Shown here: positions 1 to 13,000 of the stretch, one piece after another
Position numbering within the stretch: position 1 is the stretch's first letter
How the letters are laid out: every line of letters begins with the position of its first letter
Assembly (NCBI GenBank): GCA_964188305.1
Contig: OZ076896.1
Source of the DNA: Podarcis bocagei
Lineage: Eukaryota
DNA length: 64,000 nucleotides
Direction: 5' to 3' (one strand)
The notes under the pieces: model-generated
The model's database searches: none
Told to the model about the DNA's origin: nothing
Seen by the model: the letters and a program-made list of their open reading frames with translations, nothing else
Made by a program: the position numbers and the translations under genes

Positions 1-173
1 TTCTTTTTTTACAAATTACCAGTTTAAACAGAGAGTCTCACCTGTAGCCAGTTCTCTTTGCAATTCAAAATAACAAAAAAGCATCTGCCTCTGAGGGAGG
101 GGGATTTTTCCAGCTATATTAGAAATACACGACGTCAGGTGTTTTATTTCTCTCTCTTTTTGTCTTGTTTTAG

Positions 174-275
174 TCCGTGAACGAACTGTAAGAATTGCTA
201 AAGGAACGGGCGATTACCCCTGGGGATTCAGAATCCAATTCTCGAAGCCCATCCTTGTAACTGAAGTGGACACCA
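174..275 (+). CDS. PDZPH1: PDZPH1 exon, N-terminal half of PDZ domain
   Basis: Polypyrimidine tract + TTTTAG acceptor, A|GTAAGT donor; encodes RERTVRIAKGTGDYPWGFRIQFSKPILVTEVDT (PWGF carboxylate-binding loop). Confidence 0.9.
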
Positions 276-3200
276 GTAAGTGATACCCACAAAGTTCATT
301 TTCCTTATGAGCAGATCCTAAGTGACTTGCATGGCAGAGTGCTTAAAAGGAAGCTCAGAGCACCACTGAATTTATGATGACAAAGAGCCTCGGGGCAAAC
401 CGCTAGCTGGCAGCTCAACAAGTCTCCTGTGTTCTTTTTATTATTGTTGCTATGAAGTTGATTTTTTCTGCAATATAGATAGCGACATAAAAGTATCATT
501 CTGTATTATACCCGTACTTAATTTTATAGTCCTCCTGCAAATGGATTAGGGGTTGCTTTTGCGAATGACGTTGGCTGTTATACTGAAAATGATAAGAGGA
601 GGAACAGATGCCCATTTATGTGCCATTTACTTATTGATAAATGATCTTCCCTGACTGACTTTTCATTTAATGAAACTAAAAGGGTCAGGCACAGCCTGGG
701 GCAATTTCCCCTCCCAATCATATATCTCTGCTAAGGAGAGGTGATGATCATGACAAAAAAGGTCAGTGATCCATATAAAGCAAGAAACTATTTGGCAGTT
801 AAAAAATCATACAGGCTTTTTCTTCTCTTTCTGAATTTTTAACAAGATCAGCTCCCTACATCTGACTTGCTCCTGTAATAGCTAAATAGGATTCCTATAT
901 AGGCAGCGCTTTCTTTCTGGGGGTACGCGGGGGTATGCATACCCCTAAACATTCTGTGAATCTAAGTTTGACCTCATTGAGGGGCAGTATTTCAATATAA
1001 GTAGGAAAATGAGAGAACCCTTAAACATTTCTTTTTTAAAAAAAGCACTGCCTATAGGAATTATTTAGGATTATAAGCATGAGCCTACTACTTCACAGGT
1101 ATGTTCCTCTCCTTCCCCTCATGTGACTGACTTTGCCATTTCATGCAAGCCTAGTGTATTATGGCTTGTCTGTACCAATGTTTTGCTCACCGGTGAAATC
1201 TGCAAGCCGCTGTTTGCAATCCCAGCATACAGAGAAACTATGGTTTGAAGAAACTGCCACTTACCAGATTCAGATGAGGTGGGAAGTTGGTTTGCTACTA
1301 GATCAGGAATGGAAGTTTTCAGTTGCCACCCCCACCTGAGGGAAGAAGCTAGTCTTTGAGGAGCATGCTTTAGCAGTACATCTGAATGCTGTTATAATTT
1401 TGAGGGACCATGTAGCCAGGATGGAGAAGTTGCTGTATTAGAGCCAACCCCTGATTACATAGGAGCCAACTACAGTCTTCAGCTGCCCCAGTAAAATATT
1501 TGAGGTGCCCGCCCCTCTCCCAGTTGATGGGCATTGCCATTCAAATGGTGTGCACACACTGCGTCATGTGATCAATTATGTGGGGCAGGCCTTACCTGGG
1601 CTCCCCCAATATTTTATTCAAGTTGGCACCCCTGCCTGATTATGACATTTATCACAATTTTCCTGCTATACTGGGACCAGACTTCCATTTCTTCCTTAAG
1701 CTAAATGCTTTCTGAAACATTATGTTTGGGTCTTGGAAATGTCAGTGACTGAGGTGGATTTTCAGAAGCCATACACGATTCAAGAGTAGAACACAGAGAA
1801 GCCTAAAGTAGTTACCGTAAAAACTATTTTGGCCATTTGCTTTCATTTCCAAATGGCAAGAGCCAATAATTCTGGAACAAATTCTTACAAAATGGCTTCT
1901 TTTGTCCAAAATGAAGCAAATAGAGATCACAAAAAATGGCATCTGAAGTCCTTAAATTGTTGAGCATACTGGAATAGCTTCAGAAATCTCATATCACCTC
2001 TCTAGAGTTATCAGTCTGTTGAATAGCAGAATGGTCATAATGTATAATTTATCATTTTGCTTTTTTATGGAAAGAGAAGAAATTCACAGTGGTCTTGTAT
2101 CTCTCATTCTCTGTTAACCTTCTGATTTCCTTCCCCATTGCTCTAAGACAGGACTCTGGGGTTTATATTGTAAGACACACTTATTAAATCACAAGGTACT
2201 AGTAATGTTAAAATTTTACTTAAGTTAATCAAAGAGGACATTTATGTGTTTTTTTCTGGGGGGTGGGAAACATGCTTACCTGGTACATTATGACAGTTTA
2301 ATTATATACTGAAAACGGAAGGTAAAATGATGCTTCTGGTACACATCCTCGTAGGATTCAAATGCACCTACGTTGAACATATTTTCTGCTTATGTAAGTT
2401 CTTGTCTATTCCTAGCCTGACTTTATATAAGTCTTCCTATAAAAGTAGTCCATGCAGTTTTCAGCTGCCGAACAATAACCCAAAGGAGGATACCTTAGCA
2501 CTTTCGGATCAAGCGTGCTTTTCTATCCTACCAGCAATTGTTTTTCCTTCTAAGTGAATTTATGGCTTCCATCCTTCTTTGCAATAACGAGGAAGGCACG
2601 GCAGAAGAGCAAGAAAAATTCAGGCCTTTGACGCAGACTCTGCTCTGCTGTGTTTTGATCTTAAAATGCCTTTCCTTTGAATGGAACAGTGGGTGGGTGG
2701 GAATTCTTGCCTGTACTTCTGGTCTCTATACCAACATTGGATCTATTTCGGTTTGTGACATAGTATGATCTCTTTGTTTTCACTTTTAAGGGAGGAATTC
2801 AGCATAGTGCTATGGCAATCAGTCCAATATTTTCAGTTTGTCAGGTGGAACAACACTCTCCCCCCATGTTGGGGAGGCTGTGCCCCCACAGTCTTTTTTT
2901 CGAGGAGGCATGACCAGGCACCCCTACAACAGGCTCTGCCATCGGAGCCTGGCTTGCGCATGGCTGTGGCAACTGTGGAGGAAGGCCACAGAGCATGAGA
3001 AAGCTGCAGCTTCCTCGTCCCTGGCCGCAGTTCTGCTCCCTGGTGCATCCTGGGTACTCTTTGCGAGGGGAGCCACCACAGGCTCCCTCCATGCCCCGTG
3101 CCTACGATAACCAAGAATAACTTGAGCATATTCCAGATTTCCTCAACATTGTGCCTTCCTGATGTTTTGGACTATGACTTCTATCAGCCCCAGCCAGCAT

Positions 3201-6200
3201 GTGAAAGCTAAACTTTTCTATGTTGGTCAAGCTGCACCACACACACAAAAAATGGCTGGAAGGAAAACTGATCCCCTGACCCCCTTTGTGTTGTGTTTAT
3301 TTATGCGTGAGAGGTGAACTCTTGGCATATTATCAAAATGTCCTGAACAAGGGTCCTTTTCCCTTTCTGTTGCAGACAGCTCAGCAGAAGAAGCAGGCCT
3401 CCAGATTGGAGATATTGTGATGGCTGTCAATGGAACAGATGTTAGCAGCATGCCACACTCAGAGGCTGCAAATTTGGCAAGAAAAGGTAATGATACCAAT
3501 ACAGTTAACTGCTTTGCTGTGGTGGTTTTTTTTGTCAGGTTTTTTGAACCAAGATTTGTCAGTTTTTACAAACAAAAACCATAAACTTAGATAGTGGAAA
3601 TAAATAGGAGGCAACATTTTTTAAATAAATTGTACATAACATAGCAGTCCCGCCCCCAACACTTGAATCTCAAAGAATTTTGAATGTCCAAGGATTTTTA
3701 CACACACACTTGCTCCTGCTCAAAAGTCTGTTGCAAGTATGGACAGGGGAGAAATTAAATTCAGTTTGCATTTAAAAGAAAAACTTCCAAAATCACACTT
3801 TCCAAAACAATAGACGAACCAAAACATAGCCATCTCTTGAAATCCACACTCCTTGAAATTTTGCAGCACAGTTTTCCAGCCAAGGAATGTCTTCAAACAG
3901 GCATATATTACTAAGGCATGGGGTTCATGGAAACAGTGAAAATAACTTATGTATTAGAATAGGGAAATTTGTTTTGCAGAAATGCGTATATTAGGCAAAA
4001 TTGCATACAAACATGTGTATATTAGGAGAAATTCGCACTAAAATGCTGATAAATTTTCACGAGGCCTAAAATATATATCAAAAACTGATGTGGAAATGGG
4101 GAGAGAACTGAAGACTGGAAAAATGAGAAGCACAAAATTGACAGGTCTGCCTGTCACTAATTGAAGGTGTATGGGAGCATTTTGTGCAACTATTAATCAA
4201 TTCCTTGGTTCAGGAACTATTCAGTCCTTGCCTTGCCCAATTTTGTCTAGTCACATTTGGCTATATAGATTTTAAAAATCCACTTTCTAGGAGCCTAACA
4301 TCCTTCTGTTCACCAAACTCACTACCAAAGAGCCAGCACTCTTCAGGAGCTACAATCAGACTTTTATCTCCATGAGCTGGAGAGTGACAGGGTTGGTGAT
4401 GAAGGCAGAACTTGACATTTTTATTCCTGCTCACATGTAGTAGGCTTTACACAAGTTCAGAATGCTCGAAAAGGGCTGTTGTGTTATCCAAGATGAAAAT
4501 GTTTCTGTTGAGAAACATGTGAAGGAGCTTTGGGCAGGCTGTTCTCCTACCTGCATGTGCAAAAGAAACTCTGGCCTAGGGATTATTTTCCTTCATGAGT
4601 TCTTGCAATAATTGCAAGGGGGAAAGCAGGAGCAAATTAAAGAGAGGCCAGAGAAAACAGATTGACATTTCTGATGTAAGTGTGCTTGAAAGTGCCACAG
4701 ATTCAATTTTAAAAAAGAAAAAAAATCTTTCAAAGGAGAGCCTACCTATGAATTTTATCACTCAGCTGCATTGGAAAAGCTGACTTTGACAGTAAGGGCA
4801 AGTTACTTTGGACATGCGGAGACTGATGGAGCAATAAGGTGACAGTGATCCGAGAGGAAAGCCTTGGTTGGATAAAAGACCCTCATTTTCTCTTTGTGCC
4901 AGCTACTAATATTGTTATCTGCTCATAGTATCACTTAAGTCTAGGCCAAAATGTCAGGTGGAAAGAGCACATTTAGCAATATTGCTTTTGGGTCCCATGC
5001 CTCAAAGACAGATGGGTCCTGACAGTGGCCTTCAAGACATCAATCTACTATTTATCTCTGGTGTTTCTTCAGGAGGAAAATTCATAGCTGGCTCAATGAA
5101 CACGTTAGACCTGTCTGTGTATAAGAGAACCAACATCCAGGTGCAACTAATATGTTACTTGATGAGGAGAGTGTTTTATACCGGGCAAACAAAATGCCAC
5201 TTAAATTAATTTTGAATTATTTCCCTGGAATATATTAAAATCAAACTGTACCCTTTAGTGCATGTCAGTTACTTCCACCATATACTGAATTCCACCATGC
5301 TATGAATTTGACAGAGATCAATAAAGGTTTAATAATGAAAAATGATTTCACAAGTGACTGACAAATTTACCTTGACACACATACCAAATTCTTTAATTAT
5401 AGGAGTGCAATTCACACACTTGCGTTGAAAAGAATGGCAGTCATTTACCACATCTATCTCTATTTACTAAAGAGTGTTTTTTAAAAAAATATTGTCAGGA
5501 TGCCCCCTCGCATCAACCAGGCCTTAGGCTGATTAATATCCAAACACCCTTGTGAAAACAGGGGGTTATTGGTTAGTTTTCATTTTATTATGTATTTTGT
5601 GTTCTCATTTTGTATTTTGTATTGGATAAAAGGCGGTATACAAATTTAGTAAGTAATAATAATATGGAAGAGTTTTGCCCACCTCCCTGCTTCATAGACT
5701 TGGCTTTAATTTACCTTGTAATAGACCACAATATAATCAAATATTTCAGGTCCAGATATCTTGACATTGTTGGTTGGCTCTGATATCAGTCGTTGTCCCA
5801 ACACCCCTCGCCCAACATGTCGAGGATATCTGCACAAACGAACCCAGTCAGGAATCCTGAAGGGCTGGAGGAAGAGATGGTTTGTGCTAAAGCACGATGG
5901 CTGCCTCTACTATTACAAACACAAAAAGGTAAGGCATGTGTATAATTATTTCGTTTGTCCATTGAGGGAGCACGCTGGTAGTGGGTCTGTCCAAATTAAG
6001 TACAGTTGTACCTTGAAAATCAAACGGAATCTGTTCAGGAAGTCTGTTCGACTTCCGAAAAGTTTGGAAACCAAGGCACAGCTTCCTATTGGTTTCCAAT
6101 TGTGCAGGCATGCCGGAAACAATAGCGGAAGCCGCGCCAGATGTTCGGCTTCAAAAAAAATGTTCAAAAACTGGAACACTCACTTCTGGTTTTCAATTGT

Positions 6201-6461
6201 TCAGGAGCCAGAATGTTTGACTCCCAAGGCGTTCTGGAGCCGAGGTACGACTGTAGTGGGCAGGCCATACCCATAGCTGTCAACCTTCCCTTTTTTTGCA
6301 GGAAATTCCCTTATTTCAGCATCATTTCCCGCTGCTATCCTGGATTTTTAGATATCCCGTAGACTATCCCTGGGACAGGTGAGGCTGCTGATCCCTTATT
6401 TTCAAATCTGAAAGTTGACAGCTGTGGCCATACCCTACTCTGTTTTTGAGAGCGCTCTCTT

Positions 6462-6508
<47 letters not shown>

Positions 6509-8994
6509 ATTCGTTGGACTTCTGGGAGAGTGTAATGTTAGTCTACGTTTTCAGTTTGTTCCAGTTCACCAGACTCTGGAGCAATCTAGTCCAGGCCATA
6601 CACAAACCTCTGGAGACTAGCTGCCGAGGCAGCTGGGGATATTTTGTCATACCTAATGCATGTTTTGGTCACCATCCTTTGTGCAAAAAGTACATCTGGA
6701 ACAAATTGCCCTTGTCAGAGGTTGAAACAGATCAGTTACAGAGGGCTTCCCCCTCCTTGCATCCATCCCTCTGTCTTGTCCCTGCCCACCCCCTTTTTCC
6801 TCTCCTCCCTGCCTTCTCTTCCTCTGAGCTCCCACCCCACACATGAAATAGGCCAAGGACCATTTGAAGAAAGCTTGAGGATAGCAGGTCCCCTACCCCT
6901 GATTCAAAGGCTCTAATCTCAGAGGGTCAAAATGAATCCTATCTTCAAATAGACATCAGATGAAAATGGAAGGGAATCATCCAAGTCTGAGGCCTGTTCC
7001 TCTTCCTTCTTGCAATCTGAGGAATAAATTTAGAGTGCACCCTTATTTTATTTTTAATCTACTGGGTGTTTGTATAATTATTGATTGCTTTCCAAACTTG
7101 ATTTAATTGGCTTAAAGCAAGTTACGTTTTGAAGACTGTTGCTGGGAGACACATCTTATTACATAACTTCCCCCCTAAAATAAGCAGTAACTGTACAGGT
7201 AACGTTGCATAGACATTTACATTCAGTTGTTTTCTGTTTATTTTCTTTATTCATATAAATAATAAACTCAACAATGTTAGAAATTAGTTCACTTTGCGCA
7301 CTGAGAACCCATCTTGTACTGAGTCCCTCGAAGAGCCAGTGTTAATTTCAAACCATATCCAGCAGGTGGAGAACTTTGATCAGAGATCTTTCTGAAAGTA
7401 CTGGGAAAAGTCAATGTGTGGGTCCTCAAATGAGATTTTATCAGACCTGAGTGCATTTTAGCTCCCTAAACCATCTACTATCATGAAATAAAAGGTCAGT
7501 GTAACTGGGAAGAGCTGAAGTGCAGTGGCAGAACATCTACTTTGTCAATGGTCCAGCATCTTCAAGTTGAGCTGGAAAAGATTCTTGTCTGAAACCTTGG
7601 ATAGCCATTTGCAGATGGACCAGTACTTTCACTCAGTATATGGCAGCTTCCTATGTTCCGAATTGAATCTGGATTCTTAAGATAGACCCAAAATATTACC
7701 TCTTCTGCGTGTGAATGGGTGTGCATATATGTTTGACAACATGATTCCCCCCCCCTTTTTTTTTGCATACAATGCTAAGTTGTTAACAGGGTGATTGTGT
7801 GTCACTTAATCTAAATAGTAAGTTAAATGTTAGGAGCTAACTTCTTCACTTAGTCTAGAAAAGTGGTCTTAAGCAGGTGGGCCACCACCCACTTCTGGAT
7901 TACCACCTGACCTAAGGTGGGTCACAATAACAGCCAGGAGTGTCAGCTTGGCCTCACAACTGTGGGTACCCAGGGCCATGGGCCCTGACACCAAAATTTA
8001 GCCCATTTGGCCCTGGCACCAAAATTTGTGGGTGCCCACCCCCTTCATGGGGAATTTTGTGGGTGCTCGGGGCCCCAGGGAGTTGTCAGCTGTGATAACA
8101 GCAGTACCACCAGGCAAATATATGGCAAAAAGTTAATAAAAGGGTTGAGGACCCACCATATGGGAAACCTCTGCAGAGGATTGCAGTGCCTGGAGACAGG
8201 CAGTCAGGTTTATCCACAGCAGTGGCCAGAGGAGGAATGACCGCTGGGAGGCTTGCAGAGAAGAAATGCCATGGTGCATCCAGACACCTTCATCTGCCCC
8301 ACCTGCAATGTCTCTCCCATATCAGTCTCTACAGCCACAGCAGGCGCTGTAACTCTCCAATGGTTTGACTTCACCACCACCCCCCAAGGTACACGCTTCC
8401 AGTGTCTCCCGAGACAGACGGATTCCAACACAACACACAGGTCCTGAGTTTGACAAGGCTGAAGTCAACCCTTCCAAAGAGTGTGAGATATGATCCATCA
8501 CCTACAAAACATCTACTTTATATATGTGGTAGTGCTTAAGGAAACTTGGTAGTTAATCATAGTTTCCCAATATGTACAAATGAGGAACTGGTACGAATGG
8601 CTTCCAAACAAACTAAGATTTGGAATAAAACTTTACTCCGCTAAAACACTCCATTCCATTCCCACTCCTAACATGCTTTTTTATATCCCCATCAGTCATT
8701 CAGCACTTTATGAGTCATCATCAATAGTCCTCATTGGTCAATTTAGGGAGTCTATCCTCTTAAGTCCCCCTTCCCCAATATTTACTGTAATTTTACTCTT
8801 TACTATTGGGTTCAAATGGGTTATTGAATATATATTTATTTGATATAAGTTTTTATTTTAAAGTTATTGTGTCTTTTTATATTGGATCAGATTGTTACTA
8901 TTAACATTTGATGTTTTATTATTATTTTATGTGTGTTGGAAGCTGCCCAGAGTGGCTGGGGCAACCCAGCCAGATGGGCATGGTATAAATAAAA

Positions 8995-9054
<60 letters not shown>

Positions 9055-10025
9055 TTTTCTACAACCCAACCCTACTGATACCTTCCCTCTTGTGTGAGGT
9101 TTGATATTTTGGATACATAAGCAATGACACTCATGTCTGAACACTGGAAACGGAGGGGATGATAAGGCCTTTTTATCATTAAAATGCTCTATACTAGCCA
9201 ATTTTTTTGCTTCTAGAGAGATTTGTTTGCATTTGCAAGTGCTTATTTAAGATCTGAATATGTATTTTGACTTTTTTTTTTAATGAAAGAGGCTTAGCCT
9301 CAGGAGCTGTAGCTCCTGCTTCCTCTGCCTGCTCAAGGACCCACAGATGTTGCAGAGACAGGAAGTGGAAGGAGAGACAGCTCCCTAGAGAAGCATTGTT
9401 TACCACCAAGGAGAGGACTGGGACAAGTCCCAACATCCTCTGTGGGGAAAATGGTGCTATCAGCATCTATTTCTCTTGGGGAGAAGGCCATTCCAGTAGC
9501 TTCATTTCCAACCAGGGATGCTGGGACTCCGGGGATCTTTCTTGTCGGTTAAGGTTGGTGTGCAAGGAAGTTGGAACATCTGCTGTCAACTTCAGTACTA
9601 ACAGCTCCCCACCTCTCTTTGCGGGCACTTGGAAGGAAAGGCATCAGCGGGAGTTCACATGTGCAAGGTGACCCGAGTTTTGCTCACCTTGCAAATGCAA
9701 GCAGATGTTCAAACAGGGGTGCTCCCATTTGCAAATCCCCTCCCTTTTAAAAAAATAGATTGTCACCTCTCTGTGCTATTCTGATTCCGATGTCACACAA
9801 TATGAGAAAGGAACAGCAGATGGAAGTCATTTTTAATTTCTTGTTTTATAAGTTTTACAATCGTTCACATCATTGGGAGCACAAATGATGTTAGTTATAA
9901 GAATTGTGTTGTTTCATATATTGCTATTGTCTGTTTGTCAATTTATAGTTTATTTGATTGTATGTTGGTTGGTTGGTTTGCTTTCCAGGGATAAATGTAT
10001 CTATTTTAAAAACAGTAAAGATATA

Positions 10026-10083
<58 letters not shown>

Positions 10084-13000
10084 GGAGCAGCAAATAGTCG
10101 CGTTGCTCAAAACTGTATAAGATTTCTCGCCAGCTTACCGGCAGACATTTCCTCCCAAAGGTAGATACATAAAACTCTGTTTAAGAACCACGCTCTGCAT
10201 TACAGTAGGCGCACAATCTTAGTGCCTTCAGGAAGCCCCAAGGCAAAGAGCTTGTGCAACTGCGTAGCAAAGGACAGCAAGAAAGACAGGGAAAGACCGT
10301 GTACTTCCTCACCACAGCAGCGGGTCACTCAGACAATCTAGGTCAACAGAACCTAGTCTTATAAACTATTAATAGATGGGTTAGCCTGATTATCACCAGA
10401 GGGCGTTGGTTATCTGAAGATGTGTGTTGCCTGGGCTATCTTATTATCTCAGTCTATTCTTCTCTAAGCCAGGTAAACCTAATCCCGCAAGTGTGGGTTG
10501 TGCGTACAAGCTTCCCTTCTGTACATACACGTACGCCACTTGCCAGATTGACTTCCACATGTCCAACGGCTACTACATACATGGCTCCCCTGGCCAGATG
10601 CCAGGGGAATTGTTTTATTTTGGGGATCTTGCATTCCATACCAAGTAGATGTTTGCCAGCCTTGGGAGAAGAAAAGGAATCAAGGCTTGGAGAGGAATTG
10701 GACCCATCCCCTAAACTAATAATTGGTTGTGTAAGAGCTGAGAGCTTCCTAAGTAGCAGTTGTAAAGGAGTTGGCCAGTTTGGGCAACTAGCCGTCCATA
10801 GGCTTTTTAAGCCAGTGATGGGGAAGCTGTGGCCTTCCAAATATCATTGGATTCCAGCTCCGAGACCCTCCAATTGCAAGGGATGATGGGAGTTGGAGAT
10901 CAACAACATATGGTGGGATAAAGGTTCCACATCTCTCTACTTTAAGCATTATTGCATGGTCTGTTTTGGCCAAGGGGGACAATATAGGTTGAAGACCATT
11001 CAGATAGATAAGCATCAGTACATCATCTAAATTGACACCCTGGAAGTCAGATTGAATATGAACAATTTTGCTTTTGCAACATAGATGCCAAACTCATCAT
11101 AACAAGTACAAGATCACTCTATCTCTGCATGGAGCCAGCACAGCTTCACTTTTTGGACAGCTTTGCAAGTAATGGCAGCTGAGAGATACAATATATTCAC
11201 TGTGATAATTGGCATAGAATTAGCCATAGTCCTTCTAAAACACTGTGTCACAATTGACCAGCTTCAGAAAGCATCCAGCACAACCTGTACTCTGAGCAAT
11301 CTCTCTTGCCTGGAAGCCACCAGCCCATTTCAGACATAATGCTTAAAGGTAAAGGTAAAGGGACCCCTGACCATTAGGTCCAGTCATGACCGACTCTGGG
11401 GTTGCAGCGCTCATCTCGCTTTATTGGCCGAGGGAGCCGGTGTACAGCTTCCGGGTCATGTGGCCAGCATGACTAAGCAGCTTCTGGCAAACCAGAGCAG
11501 CGCACGGAAATGCCGTTTACCTTCGCGCCGGAGCGGTACCTATTTATCTACTTGCACTTTGACATGCTTTCGAACTGCTAGGTTGGCAGGAGCTGGGACC
11601 GAGCAACGGGAGGTCACCCCGTCGCGGAGATTCGAACCACGACCTTCTGATCGGCAAGCTCTAGGCTCTGTGGTTTAACCCACAGCGCCACCCGCGTCCC
11701 TTAGTTTATGCTTAGTTGTGAGAAAATACAACCATGAGCCTTTCCTTATATTATTGCCTTCCTCCTCCCCTTCTTCTGTCCTTCACATGCTTAGAAGGAG
11801 GGCAGGAACAGGACAGTGCTCTCTCTCCTGTGCTCTCTATCAGTTGGTATTCAGACAAATACTGATACTGAGGGTAATAAATAGCCATCGGGACTATATG
11901 TCCTTACAGAATCATTGAATCAAAGATCTGTACAGTTGGAAGGGATCAAGAAGTCTCATCTAGTCCAACCCCCTGCAATGCAGATATCATTTGCCCAGTG
12001 TGGGAATCGAACCCATGACCCTGAAATTGGTCTCCTGCTCTACCAACTGAGCTAAAGTTGGACTATAAAAAATAATTTGGGGTATTAATTTTCCCATACA
12101 TATTTCACCTGTTGTTGCCTCCACCCCCCTATGATTGAACCAAATAACGGTTGCAAGGTGAAAAGAGAGGGAGAAAAAAATCTTTGAAATTATCTTAATT
12201 TCCAACATTGCATCCGGAGCCCAGTTTATATAAAATACATTTTCAGCTCCCTGGGTCTGCGCCTTTCACATTGTCTCACTCCCTGATGGAACATCCAAGC
12301 CCGTCTTCTTTCAAGCCCACGTATTCACTGCTAAGTCTAAGTGGTTTATATAAAAGGCTTAACTATAAATAGATTTAGGTCTGAGCTATTCCTCCTAGAG
12401 GTACAATGTGCATTTGCTCTCCATTCTAACAGAGAGCTTTATCCTCCACAGGCAGAAAGTCGTCCCATTCTATATAACCAGCCTGCAATCTGATTCCATT
12501 TGCAGAGCCTCTGTGAGGCCCATTGTGAGTGGATTGGTTTGCTAATTAAACACTATGGTTCTATCTAGGCTCTAATTCCACAAAAGCTTATGTCACAATA
12601 AATCTGTTGGTCTTTTAAGGTGCCGTGACACTCCCTTAGGCATGCTTTGTGTTTCCTCTGATTAGTCACTGATTAATTTTCTTTGCAGATGGAAAGAGCA
12701 ATCTACAAGTTGCATGCTAGGGAGTTGCACGACCTTAGATTGGAGTTCCACTCCTGTTTCCAGCACAAAGTGGACTACCCAGTCTAGGCCCCTGTGGGTT
12801 GGAAGCTCACTACATTGTGAGCCACTGTACTGAGGAAATGGTTTGGGTACCACAAAGGAGTGGGGAGGGTAATGGTAAAGGTAAAGGACCCCTGGACGGT
12901 TAAGTCCAGTCAAAGGCGACTATGGGGTGCGGTGCTCAACTCACTTTCAGGCCGAGGGAGCCGACGTTTGTCCACAAATAGCTTTCCGGGTCATGTAGCC

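Noticed and set aside
5929-6276. Extension of the 171-aa ORF beyond the PH exon
   Set aside because: It reads through the GTAAGG donor into intron and a mariner MITE.
8887-10164. Poly-I/L and RERE ORFs
   Set aside because: Translations of (TAT)n and (GA)n microsatellites.
10424-10648. PGKP...CQIDFHM, reminiscent of a retroviral integrase WQIDF motif
   Set aside because: No HHCC or downstream D,D35E support visible; needs a translated search before calling.
11990-12056. tRNA-like sequence (also ~42310-42362 and the Sauria SINE heads)
   Set aside because: Degenerate stems fused to a CR1 or SINE tail, so a SINE head rather than a tRNA gene.
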